The notes below the pieces were generated by a model. It saw nothing but the letters and a program-made list of their open reading frames with translations. It ran no database searches and was not told the origin of the DNA. From Candidatus Woesebacteria bacterium (GTDB taxonomy: Bacteria; Patescibacteriota; Microgenomatia; UBA8517), in NCBI GenBank assembly GCA_963716475.1, contig OY970314.1:692790-756789 (forward strand): DNA of 64,000 nt, given 5' to 3'. Position 1 is the first letter of the stretch. Each line of letters starts with the position of its first letter. A program made the translations under genes and the position numbers. Of the stretch, positions 20,002-29,260 are shown piece after piece.

Positions 20002-20922
20002 TCAAAACCCGTATGAAGATAGAGTTGTGCTGCCGATTCTGATTCTGGGCAGAGCAAATCTTTGTTTTTTGCAAAGAGTACTTCCGGGGTTTGTAGTAAA
20101 GGCGGCTTTATAGTCTAAAGAGATCAGATATTTCTCCGCCTGTCCCGTATCAAGCCCATAGGGATAAGAAAAGACTTTAGGGGAATTTAAACTCCGGTCG
20201 GAAAGTTGGGTATCCGCCGTAGAAATTTCGTACTGCATTGTACTTTCCGATACTCCAACGTTTTTGTGGGACCATGTATGATTGGCAAAAAGTATTGAAC
20301 CATCAATGGAAATAATTTGATTCCATGCAAGATACCCCGGGTTATCCATAAGCCCTGTCGGTAGAAATACCGTTGCCTTATAACCAAAGTTCCGGAGAAT
20401 GGGAAAGGCATCCGAATAAAAATCCTCATATCCGTCATCAAAAGTAATGAGAACACTTTTGGATTTAATTGGCATCCCATTATCAAAAAAATCGATCAAA
20501 TCATTTATACCGGCTACGTTATAGCCTTTATCCTTAAGGTATTGCATCTGTTTTTGAAAAAAGTCGGTGTAGGTAGTCAAACCCGTTTCTTTATCCGCTT
20601 TTGCAGCTTCTTCAGTTTGGATATGGTGATACATCAGAACCGGCATATGGACACAGGGACCATAAAGCGTATTCATTTCGGCAAAAGTTAAAGGCTTTGG
20701 GGTGGGGGACGGAGTCGGTGTTAAAACCGGCATAAGCAGTTGCCCGAATTTATCCGGAAATGATTTTTTTGTTGGCGACAGGAAAACGGATCTGTTTAAA
20801 TACACAAAAATTGCCACAATAACCAGTAGGACAATAAATATAACCCAGAGGGAACTATTTGGCTGAGGTAGTTTCCGTCGCGCGGACTTCGCGTATAACG
20901 GAAACTTTAATCTGTCCCGCAT
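20002..20922 (-). CDS. membrane-anchored polysaccharide deacetylase (NodB/CE4)
   Basis: PVLMYHHI, ITFDDGY, NHTWSH, FSYPYG, LPRIRI; N-terminal TM and Pro/Thr linker; start taken as ATG 20922. Confidence 0.9.
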   Translation of the reverse strand: MRDRLKFPLYAKSARRKLPQPNSSLWVIFIVLLVIVAIFVYLNRSVFLSPTKKSFPDKFGQLLMPVLTPTPSPTPKPLTFAEMNTLYGPCVHMPVLMYHHIQTEEAAKADKETGLTTYTDFFQKQMQYLKDKGYNVAGINDLIDFFDNGMPIKSKSVLITFDDGYEDFYSDAFPILRNFGYKATVFLPTGLMDNPGYLAWNQIISIDGSILFANHTWSHKNVGVSESTMQYEISTADTQLSDRSLNSPKVFSYPYGLDTGQAEKYLISLDYKAAFTTNPGSTLCKKQRFALPRIRIGSTTLSSYGF

Positions 20923-22018
20923 ATTCCGCTTCTTTCTCAAGTTTCCTGGCAATATCATGGGCAAGTACTGTCAGTTTATCATCATCAACCTCGTCCGGGT
21001 TAACTATTACCCTGACATCGCGTCCCGCCTGGAAAGCGTAAACCATATCAATTCCGGGAAAACCTTTGGCGACTTCCTCAATCTTACTCATTCTTTTGAT
21101 ATAACCTTCGTGAGGTTCATATCTGGCGCCGGGGCGGCTACCGCTAATGGCATCCGCCATCCAGACGATTACGCTTTCGTTACTGGAAAACGGCCTGTCT
21201 TCGTGATGTTCGGCAACACAGGCAATAACTTCCTTAGGCATTCCGTACTTTTTAAGAAGATTTACTCCCAGTTCTATATGGTTTCCCTCTTCATCGGTTA
21301 CGATTTTACCGACGTCGTGGAGTAAACAACCTAAGCGGACAATATCAGCGTTTGCTCCGATCTCCTCGGCAATGGCAACACCCATCTTTGTTTCTTCGAT
21401 AGTATGAATTCCCAAGTTTTGTCCGTAGGAAGTCCTGAATCTGAAGCGTCCGATTAGTCTCATCAACTCCACCGGCAGATTGAATACTCCGCATTCGTGA
21501 CAAATTTTCTTACCTTCCTCCAGAAGCACGTCCTCCATGCCGGCTTTGACCTGCCTTATTACTTCCTCAATCCTCGAAGGCTGGATTCTGGCATCCCGGA
21601 TCAAAATTTCCAGAGCTCTTTTGGCTATCTCGCGCCTGATTGCATCAAATGAAGAAAGCCTGATTTCGTTGGTTTCGTCTATTTCTATTTCCACACCGGC
21701 TTCTTTTTCGAAAGTCCTAATATTCCTGCCTCCGGCTCCGATTATTCTGCCTTTTACATCTTCATTAGGCACTGTTACCGAAGAAACCGTATATTCGGCC
21801 ACGTAGCCTGTGGCGCCATGCTTCATGGCATCCAAAAGGACCTCCCGGGCCTTCTCATTTGCCTCTTCTTTGATTTTTTCCTCGGCAGCCCTGATCTTTT
21901 TGGCAATTTCACCGGTAAGATCTGCCTGGACCTCATCAATTAGAGCCTTTTTGGCCTCATCAACTGTCAATTTTGCAACCTTAGAAAGTTTATCTCTATA
22001 TTCGTCTTGTGTAGTCAT
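20855..22018 (-). CDS. rny: ribonuclease Y, N-terminally short form
   Basis: KH domain KGRIIGAGGRNIR, RTSYGQN, HD domain LLHDVGK, ADAISGSRPGAR, QAGRDVRV. Confidence 0.93.
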   Translation of the reverse strand: MTTQDEYRDKLSKVAKLTVDEAKKALIDEVQADLTGEIAKKIRAAEEKIKEEANEKAREVLLDAMKHGATGYVAEYTVSSVTVPNEDVKGRIIGAGGRNIRTFEKEAGVEIEIDETNEIRLSSFDAIRREIAKRALEILIRDARIQPSRIEEVIRQVKAGMEDVLLEEGKKICHECGVFNLPVELMRLIGRFRFRTSYGQNLGIHTIEETKMGVAIAEEIGANADIVRLGCLLHDVGKIVTDEEGNHIELGVNLLKKYGMPKEVIACVAEHHEDRPFSSNESVIVWMADAISGSRPGARYEPHEGYIKRMSKIEEVAKGFPGIDMVYAFQAGRDVRVIVNPDEVDDDKLTVLAHDIARKLEKEAEYAGQIKVSVIREVRATETTSAK

Positions 22019-22024
22019 ATTTAA

Positions 22025-22112
22025 CCGAGCCAAAGAAGATTCGCCTTAAACAAGGTGGGTGTGGAACGAAGAAGCTAACTTTTGTGTCTTCTTATCCATA
22101 TCTTTGACTCTA
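22025..22112 (-). ncRNA. candidate miniature 6S-like RNA or structured rny leader
   Basis: TTGACC-N17-TAGAAT promoter; closing stem GAGTCAAAGA/TCTTTGGCTC; CACCCA-CCTT-GTTT-AAGG motif. Confidence 0.5.
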
Positions 22113-22143
22113 AGGGGTATTCTACCTTTTTTGGGGGTTCCGG

Positions 22144-22428
22144 TCAATCGCCGCGCTCGGGGCCTTTTTTAACGCTTTCGTATTCTTCCTTAGAAAAACC
22201 TCCAGGTGTTACTGCCATCAGTAATCTGCTGCGAACCTCGCACGGGAGATCTCCCTGGCTGCTTTGAATAATTTCCTCCATGGTCTTTCCGCCCAAAAAT
22301 TCCTCATTCCTACCATCAACACCTAAATCTTTAAGAAGAATTGCCCTGCCAATAACATCAAGGGCCGACCAACGCTTTTCAAGAGTTTCGTCTACAGGAG
22401 ACCCAGGCTCACCGGATATTCGCGTCAT
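22144..22428 (-). CDS. hypothetical protein
   Basis: 94-aa ORF between recX and rny; TAAATT 6 nt before the ATG. Confidence 0.6.
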   Translation of the reverse strand: MTRISGEPGSPVDETLEKRWSALDVIGRAILLKDLGVDGRNEEFLGGKTMEEIIQSSQGDLPCEVRSRLLMAVTPGGFSKEEYESVKKGPERGD

Positions 22429-22437
22429 GGCGCAAAT

Positions 22438-23061
22438 TTATTCCACATTCACACTAATGTCAACAACTTTTTGAATCACGTCCCAGGAGAAGCCTTTCCC
22501 GGCCAAATACTGGGACATTTTTTGGCGGGCCTCACGGGCAGGCAGATTTTTCCATTTGTAGGCTTTTTTCTCCAAGAGTTCCCCGGCCATTTTTTCCTCA
22601 TCGACAACCTCTTCCCCCAGGACTTCGTCAATTATTTCTTTAGCTATTCCCTTAATCCTTAACTCCTGTATCAAAATCCTTTTTGGCTTGGGTTTAAAAT
22701 TTGCCCGCTGGTCGATCCACCACCTGGCAAATTTGGCATCATCAATTAGTTCCAAGTGTTTCAATTTCTCAACCAGTTTTTCGTGCATGCTCTCATGAAC
22801 TTTTTTGCGGCGGAAATAATCGGTTATCTCTTTCATCGACCTTGGTCTGACCATCGCAAATCTCAAAAGTTTGTCGTAAGTTTTTTGGAATTCGGCTTTT
22901 TTGACGATTTCCTCGACTTCTTTTTCCGTCAGCTCCTGATCAACTTTCAAGTGAAGCAAAACAAAGTTGTCCAAATCAATTCCAAATCCAAACTCATCAT
23001 CCAGATAAACATTTACACGGTTTTTATTCTTTTGTTGTTTGATTCCCGTAATTATCGGCAT
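22438..23061 (-). CDS. recX: regulatory protein RecX
   Basis: QQKNKNRVNVYLD, RPRS..EI, DDAKFA, YLAGKGFS; downstream of recA. Confidence 0.92.
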   Translation of the reverse strand: MPIITGIKQQKNKNRVNVYLDDEFGFGIDLDNFVLLHLKVDQELTEKEVEEIVKKAEFQKTYDKLLRFAMVRPRSMKEITDYFRRKKVHESMHEKLVEKLKHLELIDDAKFARWWIDQRANFKPKPKRILIQELRIKGIAKEIIDEVLGEEVVDEEKMAGELLEKKAYKWKNLPAREARQKMSQYLAGKGFSWDVIQKVVDISVNVE

Positions 23062-23101
23062 ATTTGCGATGTTTATCTTCCGTAGTATACTACGCCCAGA
23101 T

Positions 23102-23407
23102 ATGGCATTCAGATTGTCGGTTGAGTCTGAGGGTCAACAGGTTTTTAATGTTGATACCTCACAAGAAAAGTTTGATAAAAAGAAATTTGAGGCTCTAGTT
23201 ATCGAAAACCTAACCCAAGGCAGACCAGTAGCTTTTAGTATACGTGCGATCAGAAACTCCAGCCCCGGAGAAGTCGCATTGTATCTTGGTGGGGAACTAT
23301 ATAGTCGACTGAGAAATATGGGGTTTGACCCAGGATTCGGTATAGAAAATTACCCAGAAGACGGAATCACCGCCGAGTCAATAATCCAAATCAAACCCAG
23401 ACTTTAA
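23102..23407 (+). CDS. hypothetical protein between recA and recX, opposite strand
   Basis: ORF 23039-23407; start reassigned to ATG 23102 (MAFRLS), which follows TATACT and avoids overlap with recX. Confidence 0.6.
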   Translation: MAFRLSVESEGQQVFNVDTSQEKFDKKKFEALVIENLTQGRPVAFSIRAIRNSSPGEVALYLGGELYSRLRNMGFDPGFGIENYPEDGITAESIIQIKPRL

Positions 23408-24493
23408 TTACTCTTCTTTTTCCTCTTCTCCAATTTCTTTCGGAAGTTTTTTACCGGAAGCCACCATTTCGCGGATTTTTTTATCTACCTCGTCTGCAAT
23501 ATGAGGGTGGTCTTTAAAATAAAGCTTGGCGGCTTCTTTACCCTGGGCAATGGGTTTGCCTTCGTAGTTAAAGAATGATCCGCTCTTACCGATTAAGCCC
23601 AGTTCAAGTCCGACGTCCAAAAGCCCTCCGAACCTGCTTATCCCTTCCGTTTCCATAATGTCGAATTCCGCAACTCTTAGTGGAGGGGCAACCTTATTTT
23701 TAACAATGCGGGCTCTATGTCTTGAACCGATTACTCTTTCCCCTTCTTTAAGAACTTCAATTCTTCTGAGATCGATTCTTACCGAAGAATAAAACTTAAG
23801 GGCAAGCCCTCCGGGAGTCGTTTCGGGATTTCCAAACATGACTCCGATTTTTTGTCTGAGCTGATTGGTAAAAATCAAAACGGTTTTGGATTTACTTATT
23901 GCGCCGGTCAATTTTCTGAGAGCCTGGCTCATAAGGCGGGCCTGCATTCCCATGACAGCATCTCCCATTTCCCCTTCGAGTTCGGCGCGCGGTACAAGTG
24001 CCGCAACCGAATCAACGACTACAACATCAATTGCTCCGGAACGGATTAAGGCCTCAGTAATTTCCAGAGCCTGCTCACCGGTATCCGGCTGGGACATAAG
24101 AAGATTATCAAGGTCAACTCCTAAAATTTCGGCGCGTTGGGGATCAAGGGCGTGCTCTGCATCTATAAAAGCACATTGACCGCCTTTCTTCTGAGCTTCT
24201 GCAATGACTGCCAGGGCTAAGGTGGTCTTACCAGAGGCCTCAGGACCGTAGATTTCTGTAATACGGCCCCTGGGAAGTCCGCCGACTCCAAGTGCCAAAT
24301 CGACCGCTATGGAACCCGTCGAAATTACGTCAATTTTATATCTTTCGCCATCGTTTCCTCCAAGGCGCATGATGCTTCCTTTACCATATTGTTTTTCGAT
24401 TTGATCCATGGCAAGCCTTATTGCCTGAAGTTTTGCAGAGCCGCCTTCCTGTTTTACAGGAGCTTCCGTTTCGGGTTTTTTTACTTTCGCCAT
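23408..24493 (-). CDS. recA: recombinase A
   Basis: [41 protein letters not shown]. Confidence 0.99.
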   Translation of the reverse strand: MAKVKKPETEAPVKQEGGSAKLQAIRLAMDQIEKQYGKGSIMRLGGNDGERYKIDVISTGSIAVDLALGVGGLPRGRITEIYGPEASGKTTLALAVIAEAQKKGGQCAFIDAEHALDPQRAEILGVDLDNLLMSQPDTGEQALEITEALIRSGAIDVVVVDSVAALVPRAELEGEMGDAVMGMQARLMSQALRKLTGAISKSKTVLIFTNQLRQKIGVMFGNPETTPGGLALKFYSSVRIDLRRIEVLKEGERVIGSRHRARIVKNKVAPPLRVAEFDIMETEGISRFGGLLDVGLELGLIGKSGSFFNYEGKPIAQGKEAAKLYFKDHPHIADEVDKKIREMVASGKKLPKEIGEEEKEE

Positions 24494-24539
24494 ACCGGTA
24501 CCTTTTTACAATGGACTAAGGTAAAATGCAACAAGGAAA

Positions 24540-25055
24540 ATGCAAAATTTTAAATATTGCCCGAGATGTAAATCAGAATTAAAAAATAATCCGGAATTTT
24601 ATAAGTGCAAAAATTGTGGACAGATAATTTATAAAAACTCCGCCCCAACCGCTTCCGTTTTAATAATTAAAGGAGATAAAGTTCTGCTGGCAGTGCGGGG
24701 TATCGCACCGTTTAAAGGAAAATACGACATTGTCGGGGGATTTTTAAAATACGGAGAAGACCCGATCATTGGAGTACTAAGGGAGGTCAAAGAAGAAACG
24801 GGACTTAAGGTTAAAATTTTGGATATGCTGGGAATTTATATGGATACGTACGGAGAAAATGGTGAACCAACCCTAAATGTTAATTACATTGGCAAAATAA
24901 TCAGCGGAAAAATGAAAGCTTCGGATGATGTAGCCAAACTCGAATGGTTTCCGATTGGTAAACTTCCAAAGCCTGCTTTTAAAAACCAGATAAAGGCCTT
25001 CGAAGATTTACAGAAGTGGTATCTCAGTCGGGGTGCTGAGAATATGAAATCCTAG
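24540..25055 (+). CDS. NUDIX hydrolase with N-terminal zinc ribbon
   Basis: CPRC..CKNC; Nudix box GGFLKYGEDPIIGVLREVKEETGL. Confidence 0.9.
   Translation: MQNFKYCPRCKSELKNNPEFYKCKNCGQIIYKNSAPTASVLIIKGDKVLLAVRGIAPFKGKYDIVGGFLKYGEDPIIGVLREVKEETGLKVKILDMLGIYMDTYGENGEPTLNVNYIGKIISGKMKASDDVAKLEWFPIGKLPKPAFKNQIKAFEDLQKWYLSRGAENMKS
25027..25043 (-). repeat. 17-bp direct repeat of the tRNA-Pro 3' end
   Basis: GTCGGGGTGCTGAGAAT identical at 25027-25043 and 25153-25169. Confidence 0.85.
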
Positions 25056-25153
25056 CATTTCATATCGCTCAGCTTGCTTTGACACTCAACTGAAGTTTCG
25101 TAAGCCGCAAGATGCGCGATTGAACAATTTCATCCCCCTCCGCGCTTCGCTTG

Positions 25154-25224
25154 TCGGGGTGCTGAGAATTGAACTCAGTTCGGACGCACCCCATGCGCCC
25201 ATTCTACCGGTGAACTACACCCCG
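25154..25224 (-). tRNA. tRNA-Pro(GGG)
   Basis: CGGGGTG acceptor, anticodon loop AT-GGG-GT, T-loop TTCAATT, A73; CCA not encoded; TGaTACAAT upstream. Confidence 0.93.
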
Positions 25225-25246
25225 TAAGTCGTATTGTATCAGAAGT

Positions 25247-25657
25247 TTAACGCTTTGGAGACTGTTTCTTTCTGCGGGATTTTCCACCCATACCCACCAT
25301 TCTTCTTTGCCTGGTTCTACTGTCGCGGGTAAGAAGACCAAGTTTTTTTAGCGGGGTTCTATTTTTCTCGGAAGAAACTTTTACAAGACTTCGGGAAAGA
25401 CCCAAAATAACGGCACCTAGTTGCGCTTCTTTTCCGCCACCGGAAACTTTCGCCGAAAAATAATACTTGTCGCTGGTTTCCGTTGCACCCATCGGTTTGG
25501 CCAATGCTTTTATGGCAATCTCACCCGGAAAATACTTTTCTGTGAGCATTCCGTTAACCGTATTTTCTCCTTTGCCACGGTAAAGCCTCACCCTTGCGGA
25601 TGATTCCTTTCTCCTGCCAACCCCGTACGAATAATCTATCTTTTTAATTCTTGCCAT
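25247..25657 (-). CDS. rpsI: 30S ribosomal protein S9
   Basis: GRRKESSARV, GGG..Q, LTRDSR..R. Confidence 0.97.
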   Translation of the reverse strand: MARIKKIDYSYGVGRRKESSARVRLYRGKGENTVNGMLTEKYFPGEIAIKALAKPMGATETSDKYYFSAKVSGGGKEAQLGAVILGLSRSLVKVSSEKNRTPLKKLGLLTRDSRTRQRRMVGMGGKSRRKKQSPKR

Positions 25658-26072
25658 TTTGTTTAAATTCTTTTTCGTAAGGATTTTTATCCCCTGCCAC
25701 TACTTTTAATCTTAACATTCTCGGGTCTTTCAAACGGTTAACGGGAAGCATTCCAGCTACGGCATGCTCAATAATGCGCTCCGGATGCTGTTCCATCATC
25801 AGGCTGTATTTTTTCGATTTAAATCCTCCAGGATATCCCGAATGGGTAATGTAGACTTTTTGGGAAGCTTTTCTGCCGGTCACCATAATTTTTTCTGCAT
25901 TTATTACGACTACGTAATCTCCCATATCCATATGATGGCTAAAAGTGGCCTTGCCTTTACCCATCAAAAGTCCCGCAATTTTTGTGGAAAGACGACCCAA
26001 TATTTCATCCTTGGCATCTATCAAATGCCATTCTCTTTTTACGTCTTTTGGTGTGGGTGAAAATGTCTTCAT
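25644..26072 (-). CDS. rplM: 50S ribosomal protein L13
   Basis: WHLIDA..ILGRL, GDYVVVINAEK, HSGYPGG. Confidence 0.97.
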   Translation of the reverse strand: MKTFSPTPKDVKREWHLIDAKDEILGRLSTKIAGLLMGKGKATFSHHMDMGDYVVVINAEKIMVTGRKASQKVYITHSGYPGGFKSKKYSLMMEQHPERIIEHAVAGMLPVNRLKDPRMLRLKVVAGDKNPYEKEFKQNGKN

Positions 26073-26500
26073 TTTTTAGGTTTTTCTTCAACTTTTTTGC
26101 CTTTTACCTTTGCTTCGGGCTTTTTCTTCACCTCATATTCTACTTTTTCCGTCCATTCCATTCTAACCATTTGAGCATTATCCCCGACTCTCGGGGGAAG
26201 AGAAATTATCCTGGTAAACCCCGAGGTTTTCATCGGGAAAGCTTTGACAACTTTCTGAAACAGAACTTCTGCGGCTTCTCTTTTATTGTCCAATTTACTC
26301 ATAACCTTTCTCCTTGCGGCAATAGTTCCCTTTTTGGCCAGGGTTACCATCTTTTCCACACTGCCCTGAACCGCCTTGGCTTTTGCGCGGGTGGTTACAA
26401 TTTTTCCGTTAGTAATCAGGCTTTGGGCTAAAGAAGCAAATAAGGCCTCCCTGGCCGGCCGACTACGGGAAAGTTTTCTTCCGAACACACGCTTATTCAT
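26069..26500 (-). CDS. rplQ: 50S ribosomal protein L17
   Basis: GRKLSR, IVTTRAKAK, GFTRII, R.GDNA.M. Confidence 0.96.
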   Translation of the reverse strand: MNKRVFGRKLSRSRPAREALFASLAQSLITNGKIVTTRAKAKAVQGSVEKMVTLAKKGTIAARRKVMSKLDNKREAAEVLFQKVVKAFPMKTSGFTRIISLPPRVGDNAQMVRMEWTEKVEYEVKKKPEAKVKGKKVEEKPKK

Positions 26501-26504
26501 AGTC

Positions 26505-27422
26505 TTACTTGATAGCGAGAAACTCGACTCCCTTTGTTCCGAGCGCAGCAGCTATAATCTTGAGGGACTTTTCTCCCAAATTTCTGACCTTGACCAAATC
26601 TTCTTTCTTGGCATGAGCCAACTGTTCAACCGACTCAAAACCGGCTTTAATCAGGGCATTTGCGACTCTCGTGGGAAGCCCGATTTCCTCTACAGAAAGT
26701 TTTCCGACAAGCCCGAGTTCATCCTTAGGCGCCTCAACCGGCTTTTCAACTTTCTTAGGATTAACCACCTGGCCAAAATATGACATCAGGATCTTTGCGG
26801 ATTCCATTAAAGCGACCTTTGCATCGATTGTTCCGTCGGTCCAAATTTCCAAAAGCAATTTATCATAATTTGTGAGCCGTCCCACGCGGGTTTCCTCAAT
26901 CTTGTAGCTGACTCTTTTAACCGGAGAGAAAGAGGCATCAACCGGAATAAGACCGATTGTGTCTGTGGGTCTGTCTTCCGCCGGGGAATAACCTTCCCCG
27001 CTTTCAATCATGATATCTGCGGAAAGTTTGGAGCCTTTATTCAGCGTGCCCAAAATCAAATCGGGATTAGCAACTTTAATTCCGCCTCCGACTTTAATCT
27101 CGGCAGCCGTAAATTCTCCGGGTTTTGTTACCTCCAGCGTAGCCTTGGTAGGCTTTTCGGCTTTTCCGGAAAATCTGACTCTTTTGAGGTTAAGAACAAA
27201 CTCAACAATATCTTCCTTCATTCCGGTAAGAGAAGAGAACTGGTGTTTAACACCGGCAATTTTGACCGAAGTTACGGCAATTCCGGGAAGCGAAGAGAGT
27301 AAGACACGCCTCATGGAGTTTCCGATGGTGAGTCCATATCCCTGCTCCAGGGGGGAAATAACGAATCTGCCGTAACCGGCTTCCTTCTTTTCTTCTTTGA
27401 TCTCAAACATCGGGTCGTTCAT
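26505..27422 (-). CDS. rpoA: RNA polymerase alpha subunit
   Basis: PLEQGYGLTIGNSMRRVLLSSLPG, DASFSPV, RNLGEKSL. Confidence 0.98.
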   Translation of the reverse strand: MNDPMFEIKEEKKEAGYGRFVISPLEQGYGLTIGNSMRRVLLSSLPGIAVTSVKIAGVKHQFSSLTGMKEDIVEFVLNLKRVRFSGKAEKPTKATLEVTKPGEFTAAEIKVGGGIKVANPDLILGTLNKGSKLSADIMIESGEGYSPAEDRPTDTIGLIPVDASFSPVKRVSYKIEETRVGRLTNYDKLLLEIWTDGTIDAKVALMESAKILMSYFGQVVNPKKVEKPVEAPKDELGLVGKLSVEEIGLPTRVANALIKAGFESVEQLAHAKKEDLVKVRNLGEKSLKIIAAALGTKGVEFLAIK

Positions 27423-27472
27423 TTTTCTTTCAAAATACAGTCTTAACTTTAAGACTAGGGTGTATTATAACC

Positions 27473-28072
27473 TTATCGAGAGTAAAATTCAACAATATCC
27501 ATCTCGCTTATAGGCTCAGTTATATCCTCACGCTTAGGCGCTGCAGAAATCTTGCCTACAAGAGCTTTACGCTCAAGCCAGCCGGGGATCTTGATATCTT
27601 TCTCTTCCGTGGCCTTCTTGACCTCTGGAATGGCGAAGGCTGTAGAATCGATTGAAACCGTGTCCCCGACAACCAATTTATATGACGGAATATTAACTTT
27701 CTTACCGTTAACCAAAACGTGCCCGTGCGAAACCATCTGACGGGCACTGGGCCTGCTCGGGGCAAAACCAAGCCGGAAAATAACGTTATCCAGACGTTTT
27801 TCGAGGCTCATAAGTATTGCCTCTCCCGTATTTCCCTTGGCCCTAAATGCGTCCTCAACATACTTTCTGAACTGCTTTTCGAGAATTCCGTAAATCCTTT
27901 TGACTTTTTGTTTCTCCCTGAGCTGTCTGCCGTATTGGGAAGAACCTCTGGTACCTTTTGGTCCGTGAACTCCTGGCGGAACATTAAGCCTCGTCAGCTT
28001 CGCCCCGGCACTAAAAATGTCGAAGTTTTCGCGCCTGCTCAACCTGTCTTTTGGTCCTACGTATTTTGCCAT
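27473..28072 (-). CDS. rpsD: 30S ribosomal protein S4
   Basis: PPGVHG, QLREKQK, LEKRLDNVIFRLG, IVEFYSR. Confidence 0.98.
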   Translation of the reverse strand: MAKYVGPKDRLSRRENFDIFSAGAKLTRLNVPPGVHGPKGTRGSSQYGRQLREKQKVKRIYGILEKQFRKYVEDAFRAKGNTGEAILMSLEKRLDNVIFRLGFAPSRPSARQMVSHGHVLVNGKKVNIPSYKLVVGDTVSIDSTAFAIPEVKKATEEKDIKIPGWLERKALVGKISAAPKREDITEPISEMDIVEFYSR

Positions 28073-28078
28073 ACTATT

Positions 28079-28459
28079 TTAGACTCTCCTTTTCTTTTTC
28101 GGCCTGGGTCCGTTATGCGGAACGGGTGTAATATCTGCAATAAGAGCAATTTTTACTCCGGCGGCCCTGACAGCCCTTAATGCCGCATCCCGCCCGGCAC
28201 CCGGACCCTTAACGTAAATTTCCACTTCCGTAACTCCAAAATCATTTTTGGCTTTATTCAAGACCGCTTCAACAGCAGTTGTTGCCGCATAAGGGGTAGC
28301 ACGCCTTGTTCCTTTAAAACCCGAGGCACCGGATGAACCCCAAGCCAAAGTCTCACCGAGAGCATTTGTAAGGGTCACAAGAGTGTTATTAAACGACGCG
28401 GAAATATAAATTTTGCCGAGTCCTACATCTTTTTTTGTATTTTTAGCTTTAGTAGCCAT
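28079..28459 (-). CDS. rpsK: 30S ribosomal protein S11
   Basis: ASFNNT, TPYAA, KGPGAGRD, DITPVPHNG. Confidence 0.98.
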   Translation of the reverse strand: MATKAKNTKKDVGLGKIYISASFNNTLVTLTNALGETLAWGSSGASGFKGTRRATPYAATTAVEAVLNKAKNDFGVTEVEIYVKGPGAGRDAALRAVRAAGVKIALIADITPVPHNGPRPKKKRRV

Positions 28460-28460
28460 A

Positions 28461-28880
28461 TTACTTCTTTGTCTCCTCTTCTTTACCCGTGGTCATCTTG
28501 GAGAGGATTTCTTTCTTAAAGGCTCCAACTGTCTTTCTCTTTCCGCGTTTGGTACGGGCGTTTGTTCTTGTCCTTTGCCCCCTGACCGGAAGCCCTTTTG
28601 TGTGCCTTGAGCCCCTATATGATCCGATCACCTGGAGCCTTTGAATATTTCCCCTTACAGCTCTTGCCAAATCCCCCTCGATTTGATATTTATCGAGTTC
28701 TGCCGAAATTTTGCTTACTTCGTCGCTGGTCAGGTCGGAAATTCTCTTTTTTGTATCAACCCCGGCATCCTTCATGACCTTTTTTGACAACGACCAGCCC
28801 AAACCTTTTATTTTGGTTAAGGCGAAGTCTACTTTCCAGCTATCCTGTAGGTCGATTCCTGCGATTCTTGCCATATACAT
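28461..28880 (-). CDS. rpsM: 30S ribosomal protein S13
   Basis: MARIAGIDL, YRGSRH..GLPVRGQRTRTNART. Confidence 0.98.
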   Translation of the reverse strand: MYMARIAGIDLQDSWKVDFALTKIKGLGWSLSKKVMKDAGVDTKKRISDLTSDEVSKISAELDKYQIEGDLARAVRGNIQRLQVIGSYRGSRHTKGLPVRGQRTRTNARTKRGKRKTVGAFKKEILSKMTTGKEEETKK

Positions 28881-28926
28881 TTTCGGAAGAGGGTTTCACC
28901 CCCTTCCGGCTTTCCCCTAAAACAAA

Positions 28927-29040
28927 CTAGCCCTGGCGCTGCTTATGACGGGGGTTTTTACAAATAACGTATAAAACGCCCTTGCGCTTAACAATCTTAC
29001 AGTCCTTGCATCTTAAACTGATTGAGCTTTGAACTTTCAT
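28927..29040 (-). CDS. rpmJ: 50S ribosomal protein L36 (not in ORF track)
   Basis: manual translation [37 protein letters not shown]. Confidence 0.97.
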   Translation of the reverse strand: MKVQSSISLRCKDCKIVKRKGVLYVICKNPRHKQRQG

Positions 29041-29044
29041 TTCT

Positions 29045-29260
29045 TTATAATTTAAAGACGATCCTGCCTCTGGCCTCGTCGTAGGGCGTCATTTCGACCT
29101 TGACCCTGTCTCCCGGAAAAATCCTGACATAATTTCTGCGCATTTTACCGGTTAAGGTCGTCAAAATTAGCCTCCCGTCAGCTAGAGTCACCCTGAACAT
29201 TGTATTGGGAAGGGCGGCAGACACGTTTCCCTCGACTATGACTACGTTTTTGGTTTTCAT
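29045..29260 (-). CDS. infA: translation initiation factor IF-1
   Basis: [29 protein letters not shown]. Confidence 0.97.
   Translation of the reverse strand: MKTKNVVIVEGNVSAALPNTMFRVTLADGRLILTTLTGKMRRNYVRIFPGDRVKVEMTPYDEARGRIVFKL

Noticed and set aside
22046-22099. 17-codon ORF (MDKKTQKLASSFHTHLV) upstream of rny
   Set aside because: No SD or leaderless geometry and no residue run typical of a leader peptide; the RNA structure explains the region better.
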